In this document: piece by piece, positions 1 to 9,699 of the stretch | Layout: the number at the start of each line of letters is the position of its first letter | Position numbering within the stretch: the first letter of the stretch is position 1 | IMG/VR virus record: IMGVR_UViG_3300042894_004439 | Location: 1 to 64,000 of that record | DNA: 64,000 bases | Direction: 5' to 3' (one strand) | Origin: a virus | The notes under the pieces: model-generated | What the model was told of the DNA's origin: nothing | Database searches by the model: none | What the model saw: the letters and a program-made list of their open reading frames with translations, nothing else | Program-made: the position numbers and the translations under genes

Positions 1-404
1 AAAGTCTAAAAGCACATCAACGATTGCACGAAGCAGGACACATAGATGAATTACCCTGGAACCACCCAGACTACCATCCAGACTATCAAGCTCAGTTGGC
101 ACTTGAAGCTGACAACGACTTACCAGCCGCCAACGGCAACATACGTGGGTTTGGTTCAGTGTTTCCTACTCCGGCGGTCAAAGGCGACATGTATTTAAAA
201 ACTGACCGTTTGCCAAGTGAATTGTACAAATTCAATGGTAATATCTGGATCATAATTGATAAAAATATCAGCGATAGTTATGTGTATGATGAAGCGTACA
301 TAGACCATCTGATAGAAAAAATTGATTCAGGCGAATACGACCCTGATTTACTAAGCGAGTCCGAAAAAGACGGTATCGCACTCAGATTAAACATCAAGCC
401 ATAA
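1..404 (+). CDS. hypothetical phage protein, 5'-truncated by window
   Basis: Frame is open from position 3 to TAA at 404 and abuts clpX. Confidence 0.7.
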   Translation, partial: SLKAHQRLHEAGHIDELPWNHPDYHPDYQAQLALEADNDLPAANGNIRGFGSVFPTPAVKGDMYLKTDRLPSELYKFNGNIWIIIDKNISDSYVYDEAYIDHLIEKIDSGEYDPDLLSESEKDGIALRLNIKP

Positions 405-405
405 C

Positions 406-1605
406 ATGGCAGATTCCATTGTTCATTGTAGTTTTTGTGCCAAACACAAAGATCAAGTAGTCAAACTTATTGTGGGCAACAATGCAGCTATCTGTGATGC
501 CTGTGTGGATTTCTGTGAAAATTTACTCAAAGACAGAAAAAAAACTGCCACGGCCAATGCAACTAAATCCACAGTGCTGGATCCTGGAGATATTAAAAAT
601 TTTTTAGATCAACATGTGGTGGGACAAGATTCAGCAAAAATAGTTTTATCAGTGGCCATTGCCAATCACTACAAACGTATTGGTAATTTAGATACCAATG
701 TAGAAATACAAAAAGTCAATATATTAATGACTGGACCCACTGGCACTGGTAAAACATTACTGGCAAGAACTGTGGCAAAATATCTAGATGTGCCATTTGC
801 AGTGGCCGACGCCACTTGTCTCACTGAGGCAGGATATGTGGGTGATGATGTAGAAAGTCTGATAGGAAGATTGTATGCAGCAGCCAATGGTGATGTTCAA
901 CGATGTCAGCGTGGTATAGTGTTCCTGGATGAAGTTGATAAAATAGCAAGAAAAAGCGAAAGTGCCACAGTTGCCCGAGACGTGTCCGGTGAAGGTGTTC
1001 AACAGGCCTTGCTCAAATTGATTGAAGGTACCAAGTGCAAAGTGTCTGCACATGGAAATCGTAAATCCGGTGATACCATAGAAATTGACACAACTAATAT
1101 ACTGTTTATTGCTGGTGGTGCATTTGTGGGGTTAGATGCCATAGTAAAAAACCGTGTGCAAGGTACCACCATGGGATTTAGTGCAAATTTCAGCAGTGAC
1201 ATACATCTTGTCCAGGAACCAGTGATCCCCGATGACTTGGTCCGATACGGAATGATTCCTGAATTTGTGGGCCGATTTGGAAGCTGTGTTAATTTACAAG
1301 CGTTGACTAAACCGCAGTTAATTAATATTTTAACTGAAATAAAACACAATGTTATCAGTCAATACAAATGGTTGTTTGATCAAGATGGTGTTGCACTAGA
1401 ATTTGATCCAGACAGTTTGGATCTCATAGCAGAACGTACATTGCACACAAAAACAGGCGCCAGAGGGTTACACATTGAACTAGAACGTGCATTGCTACCG
1501 CATATGTTTGATCTACCAAAATATAAACGACAAAACATACTGCAAGTGGTCATCAATAAAGAGTTGATAAATACTCCTATGACACTGATACAAGAAAATT
1601 CATGA
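406..1605 (+). CDS. clpX: ATP-dependent Clp protease ATPase subunit ClpX
   Basis: N-terminal C4 zinc finger (CSFC..ICDAC), Walker A GPTGTGKT, pore-1 GYVG, Walker [22 protein letters not shown], sensor TGARGL. Confidence 0.97.
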   Translation: MADSIVHCSFCAKHKDQVVKLIVGNNAAICDACVDFCENLLKDRKKTATANATKSTVLDPGDIKNFLDQHVVGQDSAKIVLSVAIANHYKRIGNLDTNVEIQKVNILMTGPTGTGKTLLARTVAKYLDVPFAVADATCLTEAGYVGDDVESLIGRLYAAANGDVQRCQRGIVFLDEVDKIARKSESATVARDVSGEGVQQALLKLIEGTKCKVSAHGNRKSGDTIEIDTTNILFIAGGAFVGLDAIVKNRVQGTTMGFSANFSSDIHLVQEPVIPDDLVRYGMIPEFVGRFGSCVNLQALTKPQLINILTEIKHNVISQYKWLFDQDGVALEFDPDSLDLIAERTLHTKTGARGLHIELERALLPHMFDLPKYKRQNILQVVINKELINTPMTLIQENS

Positions 1606-1823
1606 AACTATACGGACGAACAGTTTTGGTCAAAGATGGCAACGTAGACAAAGCTCTGCGAAAATTCAAGAAAAAAATTCAAGATGATGGGTTGCTGAAC
1701 AATCTTCGCGAGCGAGAATTTTATGAAAAACCTACCACTGAGAGAAAACGTAAAAAATCTGCGGCGAAAAACCGCTTGCAAAAACAAATAACGGCCCAGG
1801 CACTGCCAAAGAAATTGTTCTAA
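1602..1823 (+). CDS. rpsU: 30S ribosomal protein bS21
   Basis: 73 aa basic protein with [29 protein letters not shown] signature. Confidence 0.95.
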   Translation: MKLYGRTVLVKDGNVDKALRKFKKKIQDDGLLNNLREREFYEKPTTERKRKKSAAKNRLQKQITAQALPKKLF

Positions 1824-1828
1824 GTCTC

Positions 1829-1862
1829 TTTACATTTAATCACTTTTAATCTATAATAAATA
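1829..1862 (+). promoter_or_regulatory. sigma70-like promoter (TTTACA-17-TATAAT) overlapping late-type TAAATA upstream of hsp20
   Basis: TTTACA 1829-1834, TATAAT 1852-1857, TAAATA 1857-1862. Confidence 0.6.
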
Positions 1863-1866
1863 ACTG

Positions 1867-1920
1867 TGTAGATGCCGATGGTCGGGTCTATATTAAAGTC
1901 ATCTTGCTTAATAAAGGAGA
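1867..1920 (+). promoter_or_regulatory. ROSE-like RNA thermometer leader (two hairpins)
   Basis: Hairpin 1867-1892; SD-sequestering hairpin UCUU-G-CUU AAUA AAGGAGA (1902-1920) with UUGCU motif and bulged G, in front of an sHSP gene. Confidence 0.75.
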
Positions 1921-1926
1921 AAACAA

Positions 1927-2385
1927 ATGACAAAAACTCTCACACTTCGTAGTTTCGACATTCCTGCAATTCACAAATTTGGTATTGGTTTTGATAACTT
2001 ATTTGATGATCTAATGCGTGTAAATGCTCAACAAGCCAACAACAACTATCCACCCTACAACATTGTACAGATCAACGATGATGAGTATATGATCAGTATT
2101 GCGGTAGCAGGTTTTGGCCATGATAATTTGTCAGTTACAAAAGATAAAAACTTTTTGATTGTTGAAGGCACACATGCAGCTGAAACTGTGGAAAACAATG
2201 ATTCTACGGCAGTATTTTTGCACAAAGGAATCAGCGAAAGAAGTTTCCGTAGGGAATTTCAATTGGCAGATCACGTAGAAATTAACAATGCAAATCTTGA
2301 ATTGGGGATTTTAACCATTCATTTAAAACGTGAAGTACCTGAAGAAATGAAACCAAAGAGCATTGCAATTACCTATACAAACTAA
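1927..2385 (+). CDS. small heat shock protein Hsp20 (IbpA-like)
   Basis: IGFD, NYPPYNI, IAVAGF, FLHKGISERSFRREFQL, GILTI, C-terminal IxI. Confidence 0.95.
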   Translation: MTKTLTLRSFDIPAIHKFGIGFDNLFDDLMRVNAQQANNNYPPYNIVQINDDEYMISIAVAGFGHDNLSVTKDKNFLIVEGTHAAETVENNDSTAVFLHKGISERSFRREFQLADHVEINNANLELGILTIHLKREVPEEMKPKSIAITYTN

Positions 2386-2400
2386 TATAATAGTAAATAC

Positions 2401-2424
2401 ACAGTGGAGAGCAGTCTCCACTGT
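2401..2424 (+). terminator. perfect 10-bp hairpin between hsp20 and clpS (terminator or stabiliser)
   Basis: ACAGTGGAGA-GCAG-TCTCCACTGT; no U-tract; follows TAAATA 2394-2399. Confidence 0.45.
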
Positions 2425-2444
2425 ACAATTATACCAATAAAGGA

Positions 2445-2759
2445 ATGCCGATGTCACAATCAGATACTGCCAAAAAAATACAAGTTAATCACGACATCAA
2501 GGAGCCACCAATGTTCAAGGTGATATATGTCAATGACAATCAGACTTCGGTGGAATTTGTAATTGAAAGTCTAGTTAGTGTGTTTAGTTATAATACTGAT
2601 ACTGCACTGAAAATTACCGAAAACATACACACCGAAGGCAGTGCAGTGGTAGCGGTATTACCTTATGAGATTGCTGAACAAAAAGGTGTCGAAGTGACAT
2701 TGTCAGCAAGAAGCCAAAATTATCCATTACAACTGAAATTAGAACCAGAACTGGTCTAA
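2445..2759 (+). CDS. clpS: Clp protease adaptor ClpS (start may be 2451)
   Basis: EPPMFKVIYVNDNQTSVEFV, IHTEGSAVV, YEIAEQK, YPL. Confidence 0.93.
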   Translation: MPMSQSDTAKKIQVNHDIKEPPMFKVIYVNDNQTSVEFVIESLVSVFSYNTDTALKITENIHTEGSAVVAVLPYEIAEQKGVEVTLSARSQNYPLQLKLEPELV

Positions 2760-2761
2760 GA

Positions 2762-3547
2762 TTACTTTATTTCTATGCGTTTAGGATAGTAAGGCCGTTG
2801 GCACCATTCAGTATCGCCGCGTCCTCTACAGTTATTAACATATCTGATGTCATTGGTAATTCTGTCTACCTGTTGATGATAGTGACCAAAACACCATGTA
2901 TGGATTTTGTGTTCAGTGTCTTCATTCAATGCCAGCTCCAAATGTGGATTGCCAGTGGTGTTAAATCTCCAACTGCCGGACAATGCAATGTCATGCTCCA
3001 CCAACCATGGTGCTGGTACTGTGTGTGACACAATCACAATAGATTTAACATCCGGATGAGTTTGTAATTTTTTAACACCTTGAATAAGATACGCTGCATC
3101 ATTAAGTGCTGCCGAAGCAACATCGTCAACGGCAGTTTTACTAATTTGATACGTGTCTTGAAACCATAATTGGGTTTGATCTGCATCAATATTAAGATCA
3201 AAATCATAATTCCACCAGCCGTTTGCACCAATGATAGCAACACCATTGACAACAACCACATGCTCGCGCATGAATACTACATTTTTAATTTTAGCAAGTC
3301 TATCAGCCAGTTCTTTATAACTTTGATTTAACGTATCAAGCTGCCAACGATGTTCGTCGTTGCCGTCGATATAAAAAACAGCTTGATAACATTCACTAAG
3401 ATGAGTTAATGTTTCAACTGTTAAATCTATTGTTTTAGCAATATCGCCAGCTACTACACAAACTGGACTTGTGGCCTGCCCGGCCCAGTCAAATTTATCC
3501 CAGGTCTCGACGTGTAAGTCAGAAATTAAATCAAATGCAAAAGTCAT
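2762..3547 (-). CDS. calcineurin-like metallophosphoesterase
   Basis: SDLH, AGD, DGNDEH, SHTVP, FGHYH, NCRG motifs. Confidence 0.88.
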   Translation of the reverse strand: MTFAFDLISDLHVETWDKFDWAGQATSPVCVVAGDIAKTIDLTVETLTHLSECYQAVFYIDGNDEHRWQLDTLNQSYKELADRLAKIKNVVFMREHVVVVNGVAIIGANGWWNYDFDLNIDADQTQLWFQDTYQISKTAVDDVASAALNDAAYLIQGVKKLQTHPDVKSIVIVSHTVPAPWLVEHDIALSGSWRFNTTGNPHLELALNEDTEHKIHTWCFGHYHQQVDRITNDIRYVNNCRGRGDTEWCQRPYYPKRIEIK

Positions 3548-3571
3548 GATACATATTTAAAAGGATTTTAC

Positions 3572-3943
3572 ATGAACATAATATTTGGAACAGAGCAAGC
3601 TGAAAAATTACGTGACCGTTTTACTGTGCTTGAACTTGATACTTTTACACTTGGCAACAGTGGACCAACTGTAACGGCATATTGTGTGATAGAAACAGTG
3701 CCGCTGGATCAAATGCCCATGATTGAAGCATGGCAAAGATTACACACCGCATTGATAAAAAATTTTCAAGAACGAAATTGGACCTACTGTAATCCGTTAA
3801 TAGCACAATTAAAAGGTGCCTGGAATTTAGAAATTGATAGCTTTTATGAAATTCTTCAACAAAGAATTGACAATTTATTAGCAACAGAGCCAGATAAAAA
3901 TTGGACCCATGTCATTGAACGGCCAATTGGAGAAATATTTTAA
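3572..3943 (+). CDS. hypothetical protein
   Basis: 123 aa ORF with AAAGGA SD. Confidence 0.7.
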   Translation: MNIIFGTEQAEKLRDRFTVLELDTFTLGNSGPTVTAYCVIETVPLDQMPMIEAWQRLHTALIKNFQERNWTYCNPLIAQLKGAWNLEIDSFYEILQQRIDNLLATEPDKNWTHVIERPIGEIF

Positions 3944-3955
3944 CACTGGTATTGC

Positions 3956-5233
3956 CTAAGGTTTGGCATATTTTTTTGCTTTTTCGTATACAATTTTAAA
4001 TTGTTGATTTGTTGGCCAAATAAGATTTGTGTTGGTTTTAAAAAATTCCACAATAGATTGATGAGATGTTAGGTTATTCCAATGGTCAACCCAGTGATTA
4101 CAACTCTTGGATTGTTCAAATTTAACAAAGGCTAACGATAAGTTTGTTTCCAATTCAGAGTTAATTTGATCAAAAAAACTCTTGCTAAAAAAATGTTCGC
4201 GGTTATGATCTGCAATTTGTTGCAATTGAGCTAGTTTATGTTGTCTTTCATGATCAGTCCAATTTGCAATTTTTTTCATCAACAACACTATAGCTTGTAA
4301 TCTTTTTGCAGGGTCTTTTATAGTATCGTAACTTTCATCAATCACAGTATCAAATGTTTTAAATCCGTAGGTTCTTAGGTATTCTAAACTACCGTGCGTG
4401 GCTGCTAAAATAAAAGGTTGCCCACAGGCAATAGGGCGCAACGATTTTTCAGTCAACTGCAATCGGTCGTCATCAAATAATGTTTCTAACACAACTTCAA
4501 TATCGGTATTTGCATAATCTTCTATAGTAAAATCTGCACTACTAGTGCTAGGAGCGGTGTTGACACTGAAATGATTTTCAAGGTGATGCTCAGATTGCCA
4601 ACCTGGATTGGCAAACGTGTGATTTTTGTAATACACACCCTGTTCGTTGAATACTGCAGATGTTTGACAGTCTGAGACCAAGTTGTGCTCTACTAGTAAA
4701 TCAGCAAATTTTAGTCGATATTCTCTAGTACCGGTCCATGCACGATTGTAAATTAAAAATTTTTTTGTTGGTGTTTTTTTTATTGATATGTGCTGGGCAA
4801 ATCGAAACCAATCCAACGACAACAGTGCATGATTCCAGTAGTAAATTGGAATAAAATTGTTATTTTGATAGATGTCAAGATTTTTAGATCTTTTTTCACT
4901 GTGTAGTAAAAATACGTTGTCATAAATGCACGGCGTGTGTCTTAAATTATGTTGATTGTACTTGATGTTTAGTGATTTCAAAATAGTAGTAAATTTGTCA
5001 CTCCAATCAAACTCATAATTTTCATACAACTCAAAATTTAAAGGCTCCTGGTCATAACAGTAAATACTTGGTTGAGAAGTTCTTTCTTGCCAGTTATAAT
5101 TTTTAATTACATTCAAATCCTCGAACTTTTTTGATCCATATGGATAAAATCGATAAATTATTACAACTTCTCCGCAATTTTCTTCAGCAAGACTTTGGAC
5201 ATAGTGATACAGTCGATCTAAGGGAATACTCAT
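3956..5233 (-). CDS. hypothetical protein, possibly glycosyltransferase-like
   Basis: 425 aa; VLETLF..LTEKSLRPIACGQPFI..GFKTF..IDESYD resembles the GT10-like C-terminal motif; late promoter upstream. Confidence 0.55.
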   Translation of the reverse strand: MSIPLDRLYHYVQSLAEENCGEVVIIYRFYPYGSKKFEDLNVIKNYNWQERTSQPSIYCYDQEPLNFELYENYEFDWSDKFTTILKSLNIKYNQHNLRHTPCIYDNVFLLHSEKRSKNLDIYQNNNFIPIYYWNHALLSLDWFRFAQHISIKKTPTKKFLIYNRAWTGTREYRLKFADLLVEHNLVSDCQTSAVFNEQGVYYKNHTFANPGWQSEHHLENHFSVNTAPSTSSADFTIEDYANTDIEVVLETLFDDDRLQLTEKSLRPIACGQPFILAATHGSLEYLRTYGFKTFDTVIDESYDTIKDPAKRLQAIVLLMKKIANWTDHERQHKLAQLQQIADHNREHFFSKSFFDQINSELETNLSLAFVKFEQSKSCNHWVDHWNNLTSHQSIVEFFKTNTNLIWPTNQQFKIVYEKAKKYAKP

Positions 5234-5272
5234 AGGATGGTATTTACAATTAAAACCATCAAGGAATAAAAT

Positions 5273-5797
5273 ATGTCAACTCAGCTAATAAAAAAATACC
5301 AATTTCACAAATTCTGGGATGATGAATTTAAACACCTACTGTACCAACATGAGGAATTTAACGATCCTGACAACTTGAAGCTTTGGACTGATGCAGGATA
5401 TCCTAATCGGTTCACCGGTGACATGTGTGATATGCGTAGTCAACAACCTTCATGGAATCAACGATTTGTAGATATGTTTTCGGGCAACGGCTGGAAGGAC
5501 ATTGGCACCAGTTATTATCGAATGAGTACTGGCACAGTATTGCCTACACACAGCGATTTGTACAAAAAATATGTCAAATTGTTCAATCTTCAAGGTCGCG
5601 AACATACCATAAGACGTGCTATAATATTTTTAGAAGATTGGCAACCTGGGCATTACGCCGAGTTGTTAGATGAACCTTTTGTGGGCTGGAGAGCAGGCGC
5701 AGCACTTGAGTGGAGCTATGATGCCGCACACATGGCCGCCAATTTGGGAATCTCTCCTCGATACACATTACAGATTACAGGGCATGTAGATGATTAA
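5273..5797 (+). CDS. 2OG-Fe(II) oxygenase/cupin-fold protein
   Basis: H-x-D (PTHSD), distal H (AAHMAANLG), RYTLQITG strand. Confidence 0.7.
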   Translation: MSTQLIKKYQFHKFWDDEFKHLLYQHEEFNDPDNLKLWTDAGYPNRFTGDMCDMRSQQPSWNQRFVDMFSGNGWKDIGTSYYRMSTGTVLPTHSDLYKKYVKLFNLQGREHTIRRAIIFLEDWQPGHYAELLDEPFVGWRAGAALEWSYDAAHMAANLGISPRYTLQITGHVDD

Positions 5798-6713
5798 CAG
5801 TTATAATGAATGGGACCCACTGGAAGAAATAGTAGTGGGGTCAGCAACCTATGCAAATTGGCCGTCCGCTGATCCTGTGTTTGCAAAAGAAAGTTCCAAA
5901 ACTACCTGGACCAAAACACCAGTACCCAGTGGTCCAGTTCCACAATGGATCATTGATGAAACAAATGAAGATTTGGATGTATTGGCTGATACACTAACAA
6001 AATTAGGTATTGTAGTACATCGTCCAACAGAAATAAATTTTCAAGAACGCAACGGCATGTATAACTATTGTCCTAGAGACAGGTTGTTAATTGCAGGATC
6101 CACTGTGATTGATACTGCTGTGTTGTATCCCTGCAGAGACCAAGAAATTCAAGCACTAGATTTTGTAATAAAAAGTGCTAAAAAAGTATTGACCATGCCC
6201 AAAAATTCAGGTTATGTTCTAGACGCTGCAAACATATTACGATTGGGAAAAGACAAATATTTGTTCCTTGAAAGTGCCAGTGGTAATCGTCTCGCATGGC
6301 ACTGGTTGATGGCCAATTTGCCTACCACAACCAGTATGGAACTTTGTAATTTTTATTCAGGCGTGCACATTGACAGCACCATAATGCCTTTGCGAGAAGG
6401 TGTTGTGTTGTTAAATGCCAGCAGAGTTAATAAATCTAATTGCCCACGTGTGTTTGCCGACTGGGAATGTATCTATATAGATGATGTTGTGGCACAAGAT
6501 TTTTATCAGTATCCTTATGCATCAAAATGGATAGGCATGAACATGTTGGTAGTTGATCCCAACACAGTGATAGTGGATGCCGCACAACACAGCTTAATGG
6601 AATTGTTAGCTAGGAAAAATTTTACTGTGATACCCCGTACATTGCGACACAGTAGAACACTAGGTGGCGGCTTTCATTGTGCCACACTGGATCTCCGGAG
6701 ACGTCATGATTAA
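5790..6713 (+). CDS. amidinotransferase (glycine/inosamine-phosphate amidinotransferase family)
   Basis: SYNEWDPLEEIVVG, CPRD, DAAN, HIDST, catalytic LGGGFHCATLD. Confidence 0.9.
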   Translation: MINSYNEWDPLEEIVVGSATYANWPSADPVFAKESSKTTWTKTPVPSGPVPQWIIDETNEDLDVLADTLTKLGIVVHRPTEINFQERNGMYNYCPRDRLLIAGSTVIDTAVLYPCRDQEIQALDFVIKSAKKVLTMPKNSGYVLDAANILRLGKDKYLFLESASGNRLAWHWLMANLPTTTSMELCNFYSGVHIDSTIMPLREGVVLLNASRVNKSNCPRVFADWECIYIDDVVAQDFYQYPYASKWIGMNMLVVDPNTVIVDAAQHSLMELLARKNFTVIPRTLRHSRTLGGGFHCATLDLRRRHD

Positions 6714-7749
6714 TCCCATCACAATTGATCCTGCGTTGATTCAGCAGTTGGTTGAACAAGAAGTTGAAAAAAATATTCTTAGTACAATTGAAAATCTTTG
6801 CCAAGATAAAGCATGGTTAGCTCGTATAGAGCACATGATCAATCAAACAGTAACACATGAAACTATTACTAGAATTGGCAGCATTGATATTAATACCATT
6901 ATACGCCAGCGGGTTGATGACAATATGAACACAGTCAAACAACAGTTGCTGACAGATTTTGCCAGTACCGGTATTGACGATCAAGCCACTGTGTGTCAAT
7001 TGACCATAATGGACGATACCACTGTGGTAGAAAATCGGCTAACCACTGCAGATCTAACAGTGGTCAATGGCGCTAGGATCAATGATCTTGCAGTGACTGG
7101 CAGTATTAATACAGATAATCCAGCCTGGACTGCATTGGCCGACAACATTAGTAATTCTGCTCTTGAAAAATTATCTGAGAAGTGGCGAACAGAATTGGTA
7201 CAACAAGTTGCCGACCAAATACGCAAACAAGGCATTGATTTTGATGCTGTAACCATTGGTGGCAATTATGTTGTCTCGGGCAATCAACTAAGCAAAACAA
7301 TTACAGAATCAAGTTTGCAATCAGTTGGATTGTTGAATCAACTGTCGGTCAAAGGCGATGCACACATAAACAATACTCTGCATGTGGTTAAAAGTAGAAT
7401 AGGTATCAACACAGATTCTCCTGAAGCTGCACTCAGCGTGTGGGATGAAGAAGTTTCTGTAATTGTGGGCAAGCACAAGGCCAAACAGGCTTATATTGGC
7501 ACAGGTAGAGATCAAACACTGAGTTTAGGAGTTAATCGTACACCATATCTTGACATTGACAACACCGGGCTGACCACTGTGAAAAAATTACAGGTAGGAG
7601 TGCACAAGTTCAGCCATGCCACACAAGTTCCAGGCTGGTTAGGAACCAAAGGAGATATAGTGTTCAATGCTAATCCAGGCCCTGACCGTGTGTTTGCCTG
7701 GGTATGCACTGGTTCTTATAATTGGCAAGTCATCAAAGGTGCAGAATGA
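6706..7749 (+). CDS. hypothetical protein, possibly virion-associated
   Basis: ATG at 6706 overlaps the previous stop; beta-rich C-terminus with RIGINTDSP and GDIVFNANP..AWVC fibre-like motifs. Confidence 0.65.
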   Translation: MINPITIDPALIQQLVEQEVEKNILSTIENLCQDKAWLARIEHMINQTVTHETITRIGSIDINTIIRQRVDDNMNTVKQQLLTDFASTGIDDQATVCQLTIMDDTTVVENRLTTADLTVVNGARINDLAVTGSINTDNPAWTALADNISNSALEKLSEKWRTELVQQVADQIRKQGIDFDAVTIGGNYVVSGNQLSKTITESSLQSVGLLNQLSVKGDAHINNTLHVVKSRIGINTDSPEAALSVWDEEVSVIVGKHKAKQAYIGTGRDQTLSLGVNRTPYLDIDNTGLTTVKKLQVGVHKFSHATQVPGWLGTKGDIVFNANPGPDRVFAWVCTGSYNWQVIKGAE

Positions 7750-8303
7750 ACGTCAGTTGGGTATTGGCAGACGCCACAGCATTGGATCCCACACAGGATC
7801 TTGCGCAATTAAAAAATATAGGCAGCTTTTGGGGCGGCTGGCGTACATGGCGTGCCTGCGCCACAGACAATGTTGTTTGTCACAGTGCAACACAGGCTGA
7901 AAATTTATTGAAACGAAAATTTCAAACGCAATGTAATTTTTACATGCCAAATTCTGCTTACTTGACATTGAATCGTCCAGAAGGTGTGCGGTTGTATGAA
8001 GGTGAATTTGTGCATGATGTTGACCGTCAAGAAGAAATTGTTGCCATGCACTTGGCAGCTGGCGCCAATGACATTATACTACTGTTGGGATTTGATCTAC
8101 AGGATCGACCAAAAAATCCTGACAAGCTGGCAGAAAATCAAATGCAGCATTACCGAAATTTGTTTAAACAGGTAATTGTAAACAATCCTAACACACAATG
8201 GGTTTTGGTAGATCATCCAGGAGAAATTGGAAAATCGTTTGAATCATTGAACAACTTGACCAAAGACTCAATGAGCAGTGTGTTCAAAATGTTAGCTGCT
8301 TGA
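7746..8303 (+). CDS. hypothetical protein (IILLLGFD motif)
   Basis: ATGA-coupled to the previous gene. Confidence 0.65.
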   Translation: MNVSWVLADATALDPTQDLAQLKNIGSFWGGWRTWRACATDNVVCHSATQAENLLKRKFQTQCNFYMPNSAYLTLNRPEGVRLYEGEFVHDVDRQEEIVAMHLAAGANDIILLLGFDLQDRPKNPDKLAENQMQHYRNLFKQVIVNNPNTQWVLVDHPGEIGKSFESLNNLTKDSMSSVFKMLAA

Positions 8304-8328
8304 CTTGTAATTGGAGTTGTAGTATAAT
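8300..8328 (+). promoter_or_regulatory. sigma70-type promoter for uvsE
   Basis: TTGACT-17-TATAAT, 5 nt before the ATG. Confidence 0.75.
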
Positions 8329-8333
8329 ACACT

Positions 8334-9353
8334 ATGACTACACTACAACGCATAGGTTTTTGTTGCAAATGGCTGAATGATCCTTCTGAATGTGGAGGCA
8401 TGAAAGTCAATGCAAAGGACCGTGAACTGAACGGCAGATCAACTACCATGAGGTGGCTTCGCGAACATGTGGATGAAGCCGAACAACGTCAGTGGGATAT
8501 CATGAATCACAATACTGCAGCCGCTGTGAAAATGATTGAGCGTGTGGCCACTCTGCCTGAAGGTCGCAGAATGGTTCGTCTGGGCAGTGAAATGCTACAG
8601 GGCTACACTGAACCCAGTTGGATTGCGTGGTGGCAACGTCAGGAAATACAAGATCATTGTGCAAAGATATTTGCACCCATTGGTGAAACTGCACGTAGAC
8701 TAGATGTCAGACTGAGTTTTCACCCTGGACAGTTTTGTGTTTTGGCCAGTGAGAATCCTGGCATCGTAAATAGAAGTATACAGGAGTTTGAATATCATGC
8801 AGATATGGTTCGCTGGATGGGATACGGCAAGACTTTCCAGGACTTTAAAATCAACGTACACATCTCGGGTAAACAAGGCCCCGATGGCATTCGCGCTGCC
8901 CTCCAACGTCTTAGCCCCGAAGCAAGAAACTGTATCACCATCGAAAATGACGAAAACGCCTGGGGAATCGACAGCAGTCTCGAACTTGCCCGAGACTGTG
9001 CCCTCGTGCTTGATATACACCACCACTGGATCCGTACAGGAGACTACATTCAATCCTCCGACGATCGAGTTAAAGGCGTAATTGATTCATGGCGCGGTGT
9101 AAGACCTGCCATGCATTATAGTGTCAGCCGAGAAGACTATCTAGTGGGTCATGATGCCACTGAGTTGCCCGACATGCAAGCACTGCTTAACCAAGGTTTC
9201 AAAAAGCAAAAACTACGAGCCCATAGTGACTTCTATTGGAATTCGGCAGTGACCGATTGGGCATTGACCTTTGCTGAAAACTTTGATATTCAATGCGAAG
9301 CCAAGGGTAAAAATCTAGCTAGCCAACAAGTTTATGAACGATATATTGCTTAA
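8334..9353 (+). CDS. uvsE: UV damage endonuclease UvsE/UvdE
   Basis: RIGFCC, RLGS, RLSFHPGQFCVLAS, INVH, ITIENDE, LVLDIHHH, HYS, RAHSD, EAKGKNLA. Confidence 0.92.
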   Translation: MTTLQRIGFCCKWLNDPSECGGMKVNAKDRELNGRSTTMRWLREHVDEAEQRQWDIMNHNTAAAVKMIERVATLPEGRRMVRLGSEMLQGYTEPSWIAWWQRQEIQDHCAKIFAPIGETARRLDVRLSFHPGQFCVLASENPGIVNRSIQEFEYHADMVRWMGYGKTFQDFKINVHISGKQGPDGIRAALQRLSPEARNCITIENDENAWGIDSSLELARDCALVLDIHHHWIRTGDYIQSSDDRVKGVIDSWRGVRPAMHYSVSREDYLVGHDATELPDMQALLNQGFKKQKLRAHSDFYWNSAVTDWALTFAENFDIQCEAKGKNLASQQVYERYIA

Positions 9354-9621
9354 CACATTTGACTGGATACGAGATGATTTTAAGTCCAACAGATTTCGCT
9401 TTGTTGTTGAGCTTGTTGCTTGGGCTATCAGCATTGGTTGCAGTATCACTATGGCACTCACAGTCCCCACCCCTCCGCTACTGGCTCTTTACCCTGTGTG
9501 GATCCTTGGCTGTGCTATGTATGCTTGGGCTAGTTATACAAGGAAATCTTTTGGCATGCTGGCTAACTACATCCTGCTTGTAACTATTGACAGTGTTGGC
9601 CTGGTGCGCATGCTCATGTGA
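9334..9621 (+). CDS. small membrane protein
   Basis: 95 aa with about three hydrophobic segments. Confidence 0.7.
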   Translation: MNDILLNTFDWIRDDFKSNRFRFVVELVAWAISIGCSITMALTVPTPPLLALYPVWILGCAMYAWASYTRKSFGMLANYILLVTIDSVGLVRMLM

Positions 9622-9699
9622 CTAAGCTCTTGACCTAAAATTTTATTGTACAAAAAATCATTCTATAAATATCTGCCTAAAGCAACCAATAGGCAACAC

